Source: a virus (Duplodnaviria > Caudoviricetes). Taken from it: 46,023 nucleotides of DNA. Position 1 is the stretch's first letter. Each line of letters opens with the position of its first letter. Shown here piece after piece: positions 1 to 7,338 of the stretch. Location of the stretch: IMG/VR virus record IMGVR_UViG_3300049782_000037, positions 1 to 46,023 of that record; one strand, given 5' to 3'. The position numbers were made by a program, and so were the translations under genes. The notes beneath the pieces were generated by a model that saw nothing but the letters and a program-made list of their open reading frames with translations, was not told where the DNA came from and did not search any database.

Positions 1-30
1 GCCGGCCCGCGATAGGGGGCGCGGGCCGGC
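1..30 (-). terminator. GC-rich hairpin downstream of ORF 47..166, possible terminator
   Basis: GCCGGCCCGCG (1-11) pairs with CGCGGGCCGGC (20-30); downstream context is cut by the window edge. Confidence 0.4.
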
Positions 31-46
31 CGGTCAAGGGGCGGGA

Positions 47-166
47 TCAGCGGGCGGCGACCGGGGCGGCAGACACGCCGGGGTCGACCCACGAGCCGCA
101 CTTGCCGCACACGAGCTGCGAGCCGTCGCGCTGCATGGGCTGACCGCAGCAGGTGTAGCCGCACAT
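47..166 (-). CDS. Small Cys-rich zinc-ribbon-like protein (39 aa)
   Basis: MCGYTCCGQPMQRDGSQLVCGKCGSW; ATG overlaps the stop of the upstream ORF (TGATG). Confidence 0.65.
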   Translation of the reverse strand: MCGYTCCGQPMQRDGSQLVCGKCGSWVDPGVSAAPVAAR

Positions 167-444
167 CACGCGGCCGCCCGGCGCAGCAGCAGTGCGTACT
201 CGCCGCGGGTCATGGGCCGGTCGACGGTGGGCATGCGGGCGAGCAACTCGCCGCGCAGCCGGTCGGCGCCGTCGCCGGTGAGCTTCCAGGCGAGGCCGAG
301 CCGGTTGCCCTCGGCGAAGGCGGCGGTCGGCTCGACCTCGGTCAGCAGCCGGTCGGCGATGCCGACCAGGCGCACGACCGGGTCGGCGGTGGGCTGCGGT
401 TGCGGGTCCTGTAAGGCGGGGGCCGCGTCGGTACGATGCGTCAC
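166..444 (-). CDS. Hypothetical protein (92 aa) with a TTA codon at codon 11
   Basis: GTG start after SD AGGAG; high GC3 codon use; TTA = taa at 412-414. Confidence 0.75.
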   Translation of the reverse strand: MTHRTDAAPALQDPQPQPTADPVVRLVGIADRLLTEVEPTAAFAEGNRLGLAWKLTGDGADRLRGELLARMPTVDRPMTRGEYALLLRRAAA

Positions 445-481
445 GTCTGACTCTCCTGTTCACGGCAGGGGGTCGGGCTGT

Positions 482-594
482 CCTGACCCCGTGTGCGACC
501 ACGGGATCGGGGTTGAGGCGGTGCCCGGTGTGCGACCACCGGGCACCGCTACTTGCATCAGCCCCGGTTTCGTGTGCGACCACGGACCGGGGCT
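482..594. repeat. Three tandem stem-loops, each capped by GTG-TGCGAC-CAC
   Basis: GTGTGCGACCAC at 491-502, 528-539 and 572-583; stems 482-511, 518-549 (perfect 13 bp) and 560-594. Confidence 0.9.
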
Positions 595-609
595 TTGTGC
601 TGCGGACCG

Positions 610-641
610 ACCGTAGCACTTGTTGCGCTAGCGATACAAGT
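610..641. promoter_or_regulatory. Divergent promoter region with leftward -10 (TACGGT) and palindromic operator
   Basis: Minus-strand gtgcTACGGT at 619-610; imperfect palindrome ACTTGT-TGCGCTAGCGAT-ACAAGT at 618-641. Confidence 0.55.
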
Positions 642-657
642 ATGGAAGGGTTGCGCC

Positions 658-951
658 ATGCCCGAAGAGGGAGAGGGGAGGAAGCCGCCGAAGATGGTGT
701 CGTTCACAGACATCGCTCGACTCGTCGTCGAACTCGGCTACGTCGACAACATGACGCGTGCGGGAGTGCGGCGAATCTCCCTCACTCACCCAAAGTGGCC
801 GATCCCCGAGGGGGACCTCGTGCAGATCGGAAACGCGAAGGTGATGCCTTGGGAACCGGTTGAGAAGTTCTTCCGAGAGGACTACTCGACCCGAGGCCGG
901 GGGCCGGACCGCCAGCCGCGACAGCGGAAGGAAGACGGGTCAGGCCAGTAG
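658..951 (+). CDS. Small HTH/wHTH-like DNA-binding protein (AlpA/Xis-like)
   Basis: MVSFTDIARLVVELGYVDNMTRAGVRRIS..HPKWP..W.PVEKFF pattern with a basic tail; start at 658 or 694. Confidence 0.6.
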   Translation: MPEEGEGRKPPKMVSFTDIARLVVELGYVDNMTRAGVRRISLTHPKWPIPEGDLVQIGNAKVMPWEPVEKFFREDYSTRGRGPDRQPRQRKEDGSGQ

Positions 952-960
952 AAAAACGAA

Positions 961-1018
961 GCGGTCGAACGGGTGCAACCGTTCGACCGCCGAAGAACCA
1001 GCGGGGTGCAACCCGCTG
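961..1018. repeat. Two tandem stem-loops with identical loop GTGCAA, preceded by an A-tract
   Basis: GCGGTCGAACGG-GTGCAA-CCGTTCGACCGC (961-990) and CAGCGGG-GTGCAA-CCCGCTG (999-1018); AAAAACGAA just upstream. Confidence 0.85.
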
Positions 1019-1050
1019 ATCAGTGATCCCACCTGAGTAAGGGAATCGAC

Positions 1051-1377
1051 ATGCAGTCTACGACTACGACCATCACCATCACCACCGGCCCGAGCGTGAC
1101 CGCCGACACCTGCCCGTCGTGGTGTACGGCGGCCGATCGGCGGGTGCCGCACCACTGTGCCGGCCCGGAGACGAGGGTGACCCTCGGCACCGCCTCGGTG
1201 CTCGCTGCGCGCATCTTCGACACCGAGGACGGGCCGCGTCTCGCGGTGTTCAGCGACGACACGATGGGCGCCGACCTCGACCTCGCGGGCGTTGACGCGC
1301 TGATCGACCGCACGGCGGCATTCGTCGGGCAGCTCGTGCGCATGCGCGCGCAGTTGGCGACCGAGGCAGGCCGATGA
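1051..1377 (+). CDS. Hypothetical protein with CPxWC..H motif (DUF6907-like)
   Basis: TCPSWCT...HH motif and C-terminal helix; SD AAGGGA upstream. Confidence 0.7.
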   Translation: MQSTTTTITITTGPSVTADTCPSWCTAADRRVPHHCAGPETRVTLGTASVLAARIFDTEDGPRLAVFSDDTMGADLDLAGVDALIDRTAAFVGQLVRMRAQLATEAGR

Positions 1378-1748
1378 ACTCGGCGCAGTACACGACACAG
1401 GGCCGAATGGTCCATCCGGGCGCGCACCCGAAAGGGAGCAGCCAAACGGCGGTGTACCGCCTGTACGCGATGGACGGCGAACTCCTGTACGTCGGCATAG
1501 GGCGCAACCCGATGGCTCGTTGGGCCGCTCACGCCGAACAGCCCTGGTGGTCCGAGGTCCATCGCTTCACTGTGGCATGGTTTGCGACGCGCGCCGAGGC
1601 AGTCGACGAGGAACGCCGCGCGCTGCGTAACGAAGCGCCTGCGCACAACATTCAGGGAACCCCGCGGCATGGACTCGTGACCGGCGCTGGAGTTCGGCGC
1701 GCACTTGGCGCGCACCGCCGCACCGAGTCCCAACCGACAACCGACTAG
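1374..1748 (+). CDS. GIY-YIG nuclease family protein
   Basis: AVYRLY...LLYVGIG..P..RW..H...E...N motifs; ATGA overlap with the upstream gene. Confidence 0.8.
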   Translation: MNSAQYTTQGRMVHPGAHPKGSSQTAVYRLYAMDGELLYVGIGRNPMARWAAHAEQPWWSEVHRFTVAWFATRAEAVDEERRALRNEAPAHNIQGTPRHGLVTGAGVRRALGAHRRTESQPTTD

Positions 1749-1764
1749 CTAGTCGCCCACACTG

Positions 1765-1798
1765 CAGCGGCCCCAGCCGAGACCGGCGGGGGCCGCTG
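1765..1798. terminator. Hairpin between convergent genes, probable bidirectional terminator
   Basis: CAGCGGCCCC (1765-1774) / GGGGCCGCTG (1789-1798) followed by TTGTGTG. Confidence 0.6.
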
Positions 1799-1810
1799 TT
1801 GTGTGTGGCG

Positions 1811-2710
1811 CTACGCCGCAGGGTTCCGCCGTGCCCGCGCCGCGGCCCGCTGCCGCGCCCGATCCTCCGCCCGCTTGCGGCGCCGCGCCGCATCGTCGAG
1901 CGCGCTCTGCAGCGCCGCCAACTGCGTCGGCGACGACCAGGTACGCACGCCCCGGACGTCCGGCACCGGGGCCGAGCAGCCGACGGTGCCCCGCTCGCAC
2001 GTCACGGTGTCCGGCTCGCCGCCGCCGCGGTGCAGCGTCAGCGCGCCGCCGCAGTACGGGCACGGGCGGCCGTCCATGACGACGGAGCGCCGGTCGCGGT
2101 CGAGGCCGATGGTCCGCTCGATCCGCCGCGCCGCCTCGCGGGCGACGACCGCGATCTGCTCGCGGTGCCGGTCCTGCAGCGGCAGGTACGGGCCGGCGTC
2201 GTCGCGCAGCCGGGCGAGCAGCCACTCGGCGGCGCGCACTGCCGTACGCCCGCCGAGGTTGTACCGCCACCGTGCCGGATCGGTGCCGTCGTGCTGCACC
2301 TCGGCGGCGACCTGGTCGGCGAGCGCGCACAGCGCGACCTCGACGGCGCGGCACGCGTCGACGACGTGCAGCCGCAGCGGCACCGGGCGCTCGCCGAGTT
2401 GCGCCGCGTGGCGGTCGCCGCGCGGGGTGTGGCTGCGGCCCTCGCCGACGTATTCGCAGTGCAGGCACTCGTACTGGACGCGGCCGTGCTCGTCGTGGCG
2501 GGTGACGAGGTGCTGTGCGTGCTGCAGGAGTAGCGCGGTCTCGTCGCGGTCGTGGTCGTCGAGGGCGCGCATGTACTCGGTGCGGCCCATGGTGGGCGGC
2601 CAGGTGTCCGAGGTCTGCGAGGTGTCGACGAGGGCGCGCATGTGCTGCCAGTGGTCGACGATGGTCTGCAGGTCGTCGGCGGTGGTGCGGGTGCGGGCGG
2701 TGTGCTGCAT
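1811..2710 (-). CDS. Zinc-finger-containing phage protein at the end of the early operon (possible late-gene regulator)
   Basis: CLHC and CPYCGG...TC motifs; ATG at 2710 with SD AGGAG; function inferred from position only. Confidence 0.65.
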   Translation of the reverse strand: MQHTARTRTTADDLQTIVDHWQHMRALVDTSQTSDTWPPTMGRTEYMRALDDHDRDETALLLQHAQHLVTRHDEHGRVQYECLHCEYVGEGRSHTPRGDRHAAQLGERPVPLRLHVVDACRAVEVALCALADQVAAEVQHDGTDPARWRYNLGGRTAVRAAEWLLARLRDDAGPYLPLQDRHREQIAVVAREAARRIERTIGLDRDRRSVVMDGRPCPYCGGALTLHRGGGEPDTVTCERGTVGCSAPVPDVRGVRTWSSPTQLAALQSALDDAARRRKRAEDRARQRAAARARRNPAA

Positions 2711-2810
2711 GGGTGCGCTCCTGGTGGTGCGTGGGGCGTAGGGTTGATCGCACCGCGAGGGTTGGTGGGGCGCCCGGTTGCTGGCCGGCATGGGGCGCCC
2801 CTCCGTCGTT

Positions 2811-3032
2811 TCAGCGGGCTCGGCGGCGTTCCGCGCGGGCTGCGGCGCGCTTCGCCTTCTGGGTCTTGTGCCACTCGGCCGCCTCGCGGAATTGGCGGCG
2901 CGTGCCGATGCGTCGGCGGTCCTGCTCTCGACCGGGCTCTGCGTCGGCGCGGCGGTTTGCCGTCCACTCGCGCGCCGCATAGACGAGGGCGAGCAGCGTG
3001 GCGACCGCCCCGGCGAGCACTACGGCGCTCAC
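2811..3032 (-). CDS. Small membrane-anchored protein
   Basis: N-terminal hydrophobic helix, basic tail; GTGA overlap with the upstream gene. Confidence 0.65.
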   Translation of the reverse strand: MSAVVLAGAVATLLALVYAAREWTANRRADAEPGREQDRRRIGTRRQFREAAEWHKTQKAKRAAARAERRRAR

Positions 3033-3157
3033 GGGCGCCGCTGCCCGCGTATCGTGCGTGCCAGAACGGTCGCGCCGGCGCAGAGGAAGCAGACGCCGCC
3101 GAGGACGAAACAGACCAGGGCGGCCGCGACGAATGTGCCGGGCTCGGGGATGTCCAC
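3029..3157 (-). CDS. Small membrane protein (42 aa)
   Basis: GTG at 3157 with SD GGGAG; hydrophobic FVAAALVCFVLGGVCFLCAG. Confidence 0.6.
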   Translation of the reverse strand: MDIPEPGTFVAAALVCFVLGGVCFLCAGATVLARTIRGQRRP

Positions 3158-3195
3158 GGTGTTACTCCCAATCTGTGGATGGATGGATGGGCGGG

Positions 3196-3411
3196 TCAAA
3201 GGGTCGGCAGCACGTCGTGCATGCCGCGGCCGGTCGCGTCCGGCTTGCGCTGGCGGGTGACCGGGGTCGGGTAGCCGAGCAGCGGGTCGCCGTCCTTGCT
3301 GTCCCGCGGCTCGTACAGCAGCTCGAAGGCGCGTGCCCGCTCGTCGTCGGTCAGTTCGGGCCACACGTCGTCGAGCGTCGCCTCGTCGAGGTCGTCCCAC
3401 CGGCTTGTCAT
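3196..3411 (-). CDS. Hypothetical acidic protein
   Basis: MTSRWDDLDEATLDDVWPEL; ATGA overlap with the upstream gene. Confidence 0.65.
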   Translation of the reverse strand: MTSRWDDLDEATLDDVWPELTDDERARAFELLYEPRDSKDGDPLLGYPTPVTRQRKPDATGRGMHDVLPTL

Positions 3412-3722
3412 GCCGCCGGCCTGGTGTCGGTGGTGAGCCACGGGGCGAGTGCGTCGAGTACGGCGGTGATGCGTCCCTCGGTGCGGTCGGCGCCGCACTT
3501 GCAGGGCGTGGTGCGGCTGCACTTCGGGCACGGCACCGGGCGGCGCAGGGCGTGCTCGACGACGCGGCGCTGCACGAGCGGCGCCGCGGCCGGGCTGGCG
3601 GTGGTGTGCCCGTTGAGTTCCTGCGCCGCCGAGTTGATGAGTTCCCGTGCCGCCTCGGCGTCGATGTGGCGGCGTACGAGGGTGAGCAGCGCTTCGACGG
3701 CGGTCATCGGTTCGGCGGTCAT
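3408..3722 (-). CDS. Hypothetical protein with CxxC/CxC
   Basis: MTAEPMTAVEALL...CPKC...CKC; coupled to the methyltransferase stop. Confidence 0.65.
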   Translation of the reverse strand: MTAEPMTAVEALLTLVRRHIDAEAARELINSAAQELNGHTTASPAAAPLVQRRVVEHALRRPVPCPKCSRTTPCKCGADRTEGRITAVLDALAPWLTTDTRPAA

Positions 3723-4732
3723 GATGCGTCGCTCTCGAAGAAGAAGGCGCCCTGCGCGAACCGCCCGCGGGCGAGATCGTGATACGCCGAGTTCAGGTCG
3801 ATGCCGATATACCGGCGGTCGAGCTGCCGGGCCGCGGCACCCGTCGTGCCTGATCCGGAGAACGGGTCGAGGACAGTCCCGCCGGGCTTGCAGCCGGCCT
3901 TGATGCAGCGCAGCGGAATGTCGATGGGGAACACGGCGAAGTGCGCGGCCGGGTATGGGCGGGTCGGGATCGACCACACGTCGCCGGGGTTCCGGCCCTT
4001 GGGGTTGTAACCCGCGCCGGTAACCAAGCCGCTGTTGCCGTTGTCTGTGGGGCGGTGGCGGGTGCGGAACTTGTGGTCGCTGTCTGCGTAGTCGTTGGTT
4101 CCTCGCACGGCTGCGCGTTGCCGTCCACCGTTGCCGATCGTGTGCGGCTCGCGGATCGGGTCTAGGTCGAAGTGGTAGCGCTGCGACTTGCTGAACAGGA
4201 ACAGGTGCTCGTGCCGCGTGCTCAGGCGGTCCTTGACCGGCTCGGGCATCGCGTTCGGCTTCGCCCAGATGATTTCGTTGCGGAGGATCCATCCGTCGTC
4301 CTGCAGCGCGAACGCCACTCGCCACGGAATGCCGAGCAGTTGCTTGGCGGCCAGTCCGCCGCCATTCTTGCCGCCACTTCCGGCAGGCGTCGTGCGGTGA
4401 TTGTTGCGCCCTTTCAGTCCGCTCGTTTTGGACTCGCTGCCCTTGGGGCTGCACACGTAGCTGTCGCCGAGGTTGAGCCACAGCGTTCCGTCGCCGGCGA
4501 GCACGCGCCGCGCCTCGGCGAACAGCGCACGCATCGTTTCGACGTACTCGACCGGCGACGCTTCGAGCCCGTACTGCCCGGCAGTGCCGTAGTCGCGGAG
4601 TCCGTAGTAGGGCGGGCTGGTGACGATGCAGTCGACGGAGGCGTCCGGCAGGGTGCGCAGGGTTTCGAGGGCGTCGCCGAGCAACAGCGACACGGTCTCA
4701 TCGGAGTAGTACAGCTCGGGTGGCGTGCTCAT
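3719..4732 (-). CDS. Orphan DNA amino-methyltransferase (N4-C/N6-A, beta class)
   Basis: TSPPYY catalytic motif precedes DPFSGSGTT SAM-binding motif; IIWAKPNAMPE, HFAVFP. Confidence 0.92.
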   Translation of the reverse strand: MSTPPELYYSDETVSLLLGDALETLRTLPDASVDCIVTSPPYYGLRDYGTAGQYGLEASPVEYVETMRALFAEARRVLAGDGTLWLNLGDSYVCSPKGSESKTSGLKGRNNHRTTPAGSGGKNGGGLAAKQLLGIPWRVAFALQDDGWILRNEIIWAKPNAMPEPVKDRLSTRHEHLFLFSKSQRYHFDLDPIREPHTIGNGGRQRAAVRGTNDYADSDHKFRTRHRPTDNGNSGLVTGAGYNPKGRNPGDVWSIPTRPYPAAHFAVFPIDIPLRCIKAGCKPGGTVLDPFSGSGTTGAAARQLDRRYIGIDLNSAYHDLARGRFAQGAFFFESDAS

Positions 4733-4959
4733 GCTGCATTCCGTTCGGTCGTGGCGGTGCGGTAGCGGGTGTTCACGCCGTAGCCGCGGCTCTTGTCGAT
4801 CGCGGCGACCTCGGCGGCGAGTTCGGCGAGGTGCCGTGCCGCATCGGGATCCGGGCCGCGGCGCTGCGGGGTCCGTTCGCGTGCGCGGCGGGGGCGGGCA
4901 CCGCCGAACGTGCCGTCGGGCACGGTCTCGGCGAGCAGCGGATCGGCGGACACCTTCAC
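4729..4959 (-). CDS. Hypothetical protein
   Basis: Fills the operon with 4-nt overlaps at both ends. Confidence 0.55.
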   Translation of the reverse strand: MKVSADPLLAETVPDGTFGGARPRRARERTPQRRGPDPDAARHLAELAAEVAAIDKSRGYGVNTRYRTATTERNAA

Positions 4960-5459
4960 GACACGGCCTCGCTTTCCTGGGTGATGGCACGGGCGGCCTC
5001 ACGCGCTGCGCGCAGCGCCTCGCGGGCTCGCCGGTACTCGTCGTTCGGGCAGCCTGCGGCGACCGGCTCGGATCCGGCGAGCAGCGCCCGCAGCTCGATC
5101 GGGTCGTCGGCGCCGCGGCGCACGCCCTCTCGCTCGGCGCGCAGCGCGGCCCGGTATCCCGGAATGTCGTCCGGGTCGAGGCGCGGGTGCGCGCACGGCT
5201 CGAACGTTCCGACGTGCCGGTCGAGTCGGCGGCGAGCGTTCGCCCGCCACCGGGCGGCGATGTCCTTTGGCATGACGGGCCACGCCGACTCGGCGTAGTG
5301 CTCGCCGACCGCCTGTCCGGCGAACTCGTACGGCACGTCGCGCAGGATCGCCGCCCACATCGTGACCTGCGCAGCCTGCTCGGTCTCGTCGATCCGCACG
5401 ACGCGGTCGTCGACGAGCGCGATCTGCTGCAGCAGCCTGACAGTCTCCTTCACGTTCAC
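4956..5459 (-). CDS. Helicase loader/inhibitor-like protein (G39P-like N-terminus)
   Basis: Directly follows the replication initiator; W..IL.DVPY..A..AV..HY......MP.DI pattern. Confidence 0.55.
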   Translation of the reverse strand: MNVKETVRLLQQIALVDDRVVRIDETEQAAQVTMWAAILRDVPYEFAGQAVGEHYAESAWPVMPKDIAARWRANARRRLDRHVGTFEPCAHPRLDPDDIPGYRAALRAEREGVRRGADDPIELRALLAGSEPVAAGCPNDEYRRAREALRAAREAARAITQESEAVS

Positions 5460-6238
5460 GCGGTGTGACCTCCGTCCAGTTCTTCCATGAGCCGGTCAAG
5501 TCCCGCCCGCTGCTGCTGTCCTCGGGTCATGGCGGGGTGCTGCACGACGTTGCCGCCGACGGCGGGCTCGGTGCGTTCGTTCTCGGCCCACTGCCGCCAG
5601 CGCCCGCCCCACGCGGCCGCCTGCACCTGGTCGTCGAGCATGCGCTGCCGGAACTTGCGCGTGACGGCGGTGATCTGTGGCGGGGTGAGCTGCGGTCGCC
5701 CGGCGTCGGCGCGGGCGAGCTGAGCCGCCTCGACGTCCTCGTCGCTCGGCTGCCAGTCCGCGGGGATCGGCCCGGCCGCCGCCGTCCGGCTGCGCCCGCG
5801 GTCTCGGGCCGGCGGGGTGTCCTCGCCGGCCGGGCGGGGCGGGCTCGGCTTGGGCGGACGTTGCTCGCCCTGCGCCTGCCGGGCGCGCTGAGCACGCTTC
5901 TTGTCCGCGACCCGCTCGCGCCTGGCGAGGACGTCGGCCCGGCTCGGGTTGTACGGGGCGAGGTAGTCGTGCATGTAGTAGTCGCCCGGCGCCGGCTGCA
6001 CGCACTTCGGGTGCGGGCAGCTGTGCCCGTGCTCGTGCCACAGTCCGGCCTGAACGAGTCGGCGCACCTGCGCCGTAGTGCCGCTGCACATGCGGACGAC
6101 AGCGGCGGGCACGATGCCGTCGGTCAGGTGCTGCGCCGCATAACTGCCCGCGCGCAGCCACAACCCGAGCGCCGCGTTTCCCGCGGCGATCAGCTTCGGG
6201 TGTGAGTATGCGTTGTCGTCGACGACGAACCAGGGCAT
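5456..6238 (-). CDS. Phage replication initiator protein
   Basis: MPWFVVDD...HPK.....AALGLW....SY....LTDG, typical actinophage Rep N-terminus; PADWQP..W..W C-terminal domain. Confidence 0.75.
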   Translation of the reverse strand: MPWFVVDDNAYSHPKLIAAGNAALGLWLRAGSYAAQHLTDGIVPAAVVRMCSGTTAQVRRLVQAGLWHEHGHSCPHPKCVQPAPGDYYMHDYLAPYNPSRADVLARRERVADKKRAQRARQAQGEQRPPKPSPPRPAGEDTPPARDRGRSRTAAAGPIPADWQPSDEDVEAAQLARADAGRPQLTPPQITAVTRKFRQRMLDDQVQAAAWGGRWRQWAENERTEPAVGGNVVQHPAMTRGQQQRAGLDRLMEELDGGHTA

Positions 6239-6249
6239 CGGGGGTTCTC

Positions 6250-6612
6250 CTATCCGAGGGCGAGCTGTCCCTCGGGGACCGAGGTGGTACGGGGCCGGGG
6301 CCGCGGCCGCGCACGGGCGGCCGGCGGCGCCTGGCACTGGTGATCGAGTACGTGCGGGCGGGTGCACTGCGACGACAGCCGGTGGCAGGTTGCCCACTGC
6401 AGTTCGAGCCCGCCGGCGGTGCGGCGCACGCACCAGTCGAGCCGGTTGACGCCGCGCAACAGCACGGCCGCCGCGGCGGTCAACTCGTCGGCGTCGGCGG
6501 TCACGTCAAGTGCCGCGCGATGTCCGACGAGCTGCCGCAGCACCGTGCGGCCGCAGCGGCAGCGCACTCGGCGCGCGCCGCCGCTACTGCTGCTGCTCGG
6601 CGGGCGGGTCAT
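6250..6612 (-). CDS. Hypothetical Cys/His-rich protein
   Basis: CRCG...C..PHVLDHQC; operon-coupled. Confidence 0.65.
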   Translation of the reverse strand: MTRPPSSSSSGGARRVRCRCGRTVLRQLVGHRAALDVTADADELTAAAAVLLRGVNRLDWCVRRTAGGLELQWATCHRLSSQCTRPHVLDHQCQAPPAARARPRPRPRTTSVPEGQLALG

Positions 6613-7061
6613 CCGTACTGCTCGACCCGGCTGCCGCGGCGCTCCTTCGCCGCCCGCTCGCGTTCCTGGTGCGCCTCGAACTCGACCTCGCTCGGGTGCT
6701 CGGCGAGCAGCAGCTCGACCGCGGCGTCGATGTCGTGAGCGCCGGGCCCGATCTCGTCGAGGGTCCCGTCCATCTTCCGCTTGCGGTACATGGCGCGCAT
6801 GACCTCGCGAAGCTGCCGCATCTGGTCGCCGTCGACGGCGACCTCGGCGAGCTTGACCCGCAGCTTCACCTGCGGGTCTTTGTCCTCGCCCGCGGCGTGC
6901 CCGGTGTATGTCGTCGACGCGAGTTCGACGACCGCGACGATCCGGGCGCCGGGTGCCTCGAACAGCCCGCGGCGCAGGATCGCGGGTATCGCCTGCTGCA
7001 GCATCGCTGCGGCCGAGTCGAGCTTGACCTCGACCTCTGCGTCGTCGTCCAACTTCGGCAT
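6609..7061 (-). CDS. Hypothetical protein
   Basis: ATG with SD AAGGAAG; good codon bias. Confidence 0.75.
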   Translation of the reverse strand: MPKLDDDAEVEVKLDSAAAMLQQAIPAILRRGLFEAPGARIVAVVELASTTYTGHAAGEDKDPQVKLRVKLAEVAVDGDQMRQLREVMRAMYRKRKMDGTLDEIGPGAHDIDAAVELLLAEHPSEVEFEAHQERERAAKERRGSRVEQYG

Positions 7062-7065
7062 GGGA

Positions 7066-7338
7066 TCACTTCCTTCGCTTGCTCATGGAGTGCTGCAGGG
7101 CGGCGTACTGGCGGGCGGCCGCCTCCCGTATCTCGGGAATCGGGCAGTCGTCACGGCGGTGCCGGCCGTACCGGATCACGAGCGCCTCGACTTCGGCGTA
7201 TCCGACGGCGTCCTCGGCGTGCCCGCAGGGGCACATGAAGTCGCCGGCGGCGAGCGTCTTCGCCTTGGGGTGGTCGAGGCGGACCCGCAGCCCGTAGCCG
7301 GGATGCGGGTTGCCGATCGTCGGCCCGAGCCCGGTCAT
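7066..7338 (-). CDS. Hypothetical protein (CPCGH...H...C)
   Basis: ATGA overlap with the methyltransferase stop. Confidence 0.65.
   Translation of the reverse strand: MTGLGPTIGNPHPGYGLRVRLDHPKAKTLAAGDFMCPCGHAEDAVGYAEVEALVIRYGRHRRDDCPIPEIREAAARQYAALQHSMSKRRK

Noticed and set aside
1-35. Hairpin apparently extending across a join of the two window ends, suggesting a complete circle
   Set aside because: Only 4 extra base pairs with a bulge, which is easily chance; I saw no terminal repeat.
491-583. Mini CRISPR array from the GTGTGCGACCAC repeats
   Set aside because: The repeats are only 12 nt, the intervening sequences form the stems rather than independent spacers, and there is no cas operon.
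3175-3190. (GGAT)3 microsatellite as a phase-variation tract
   Set aside because: Only three units, intergenic, with no clear promoter context.
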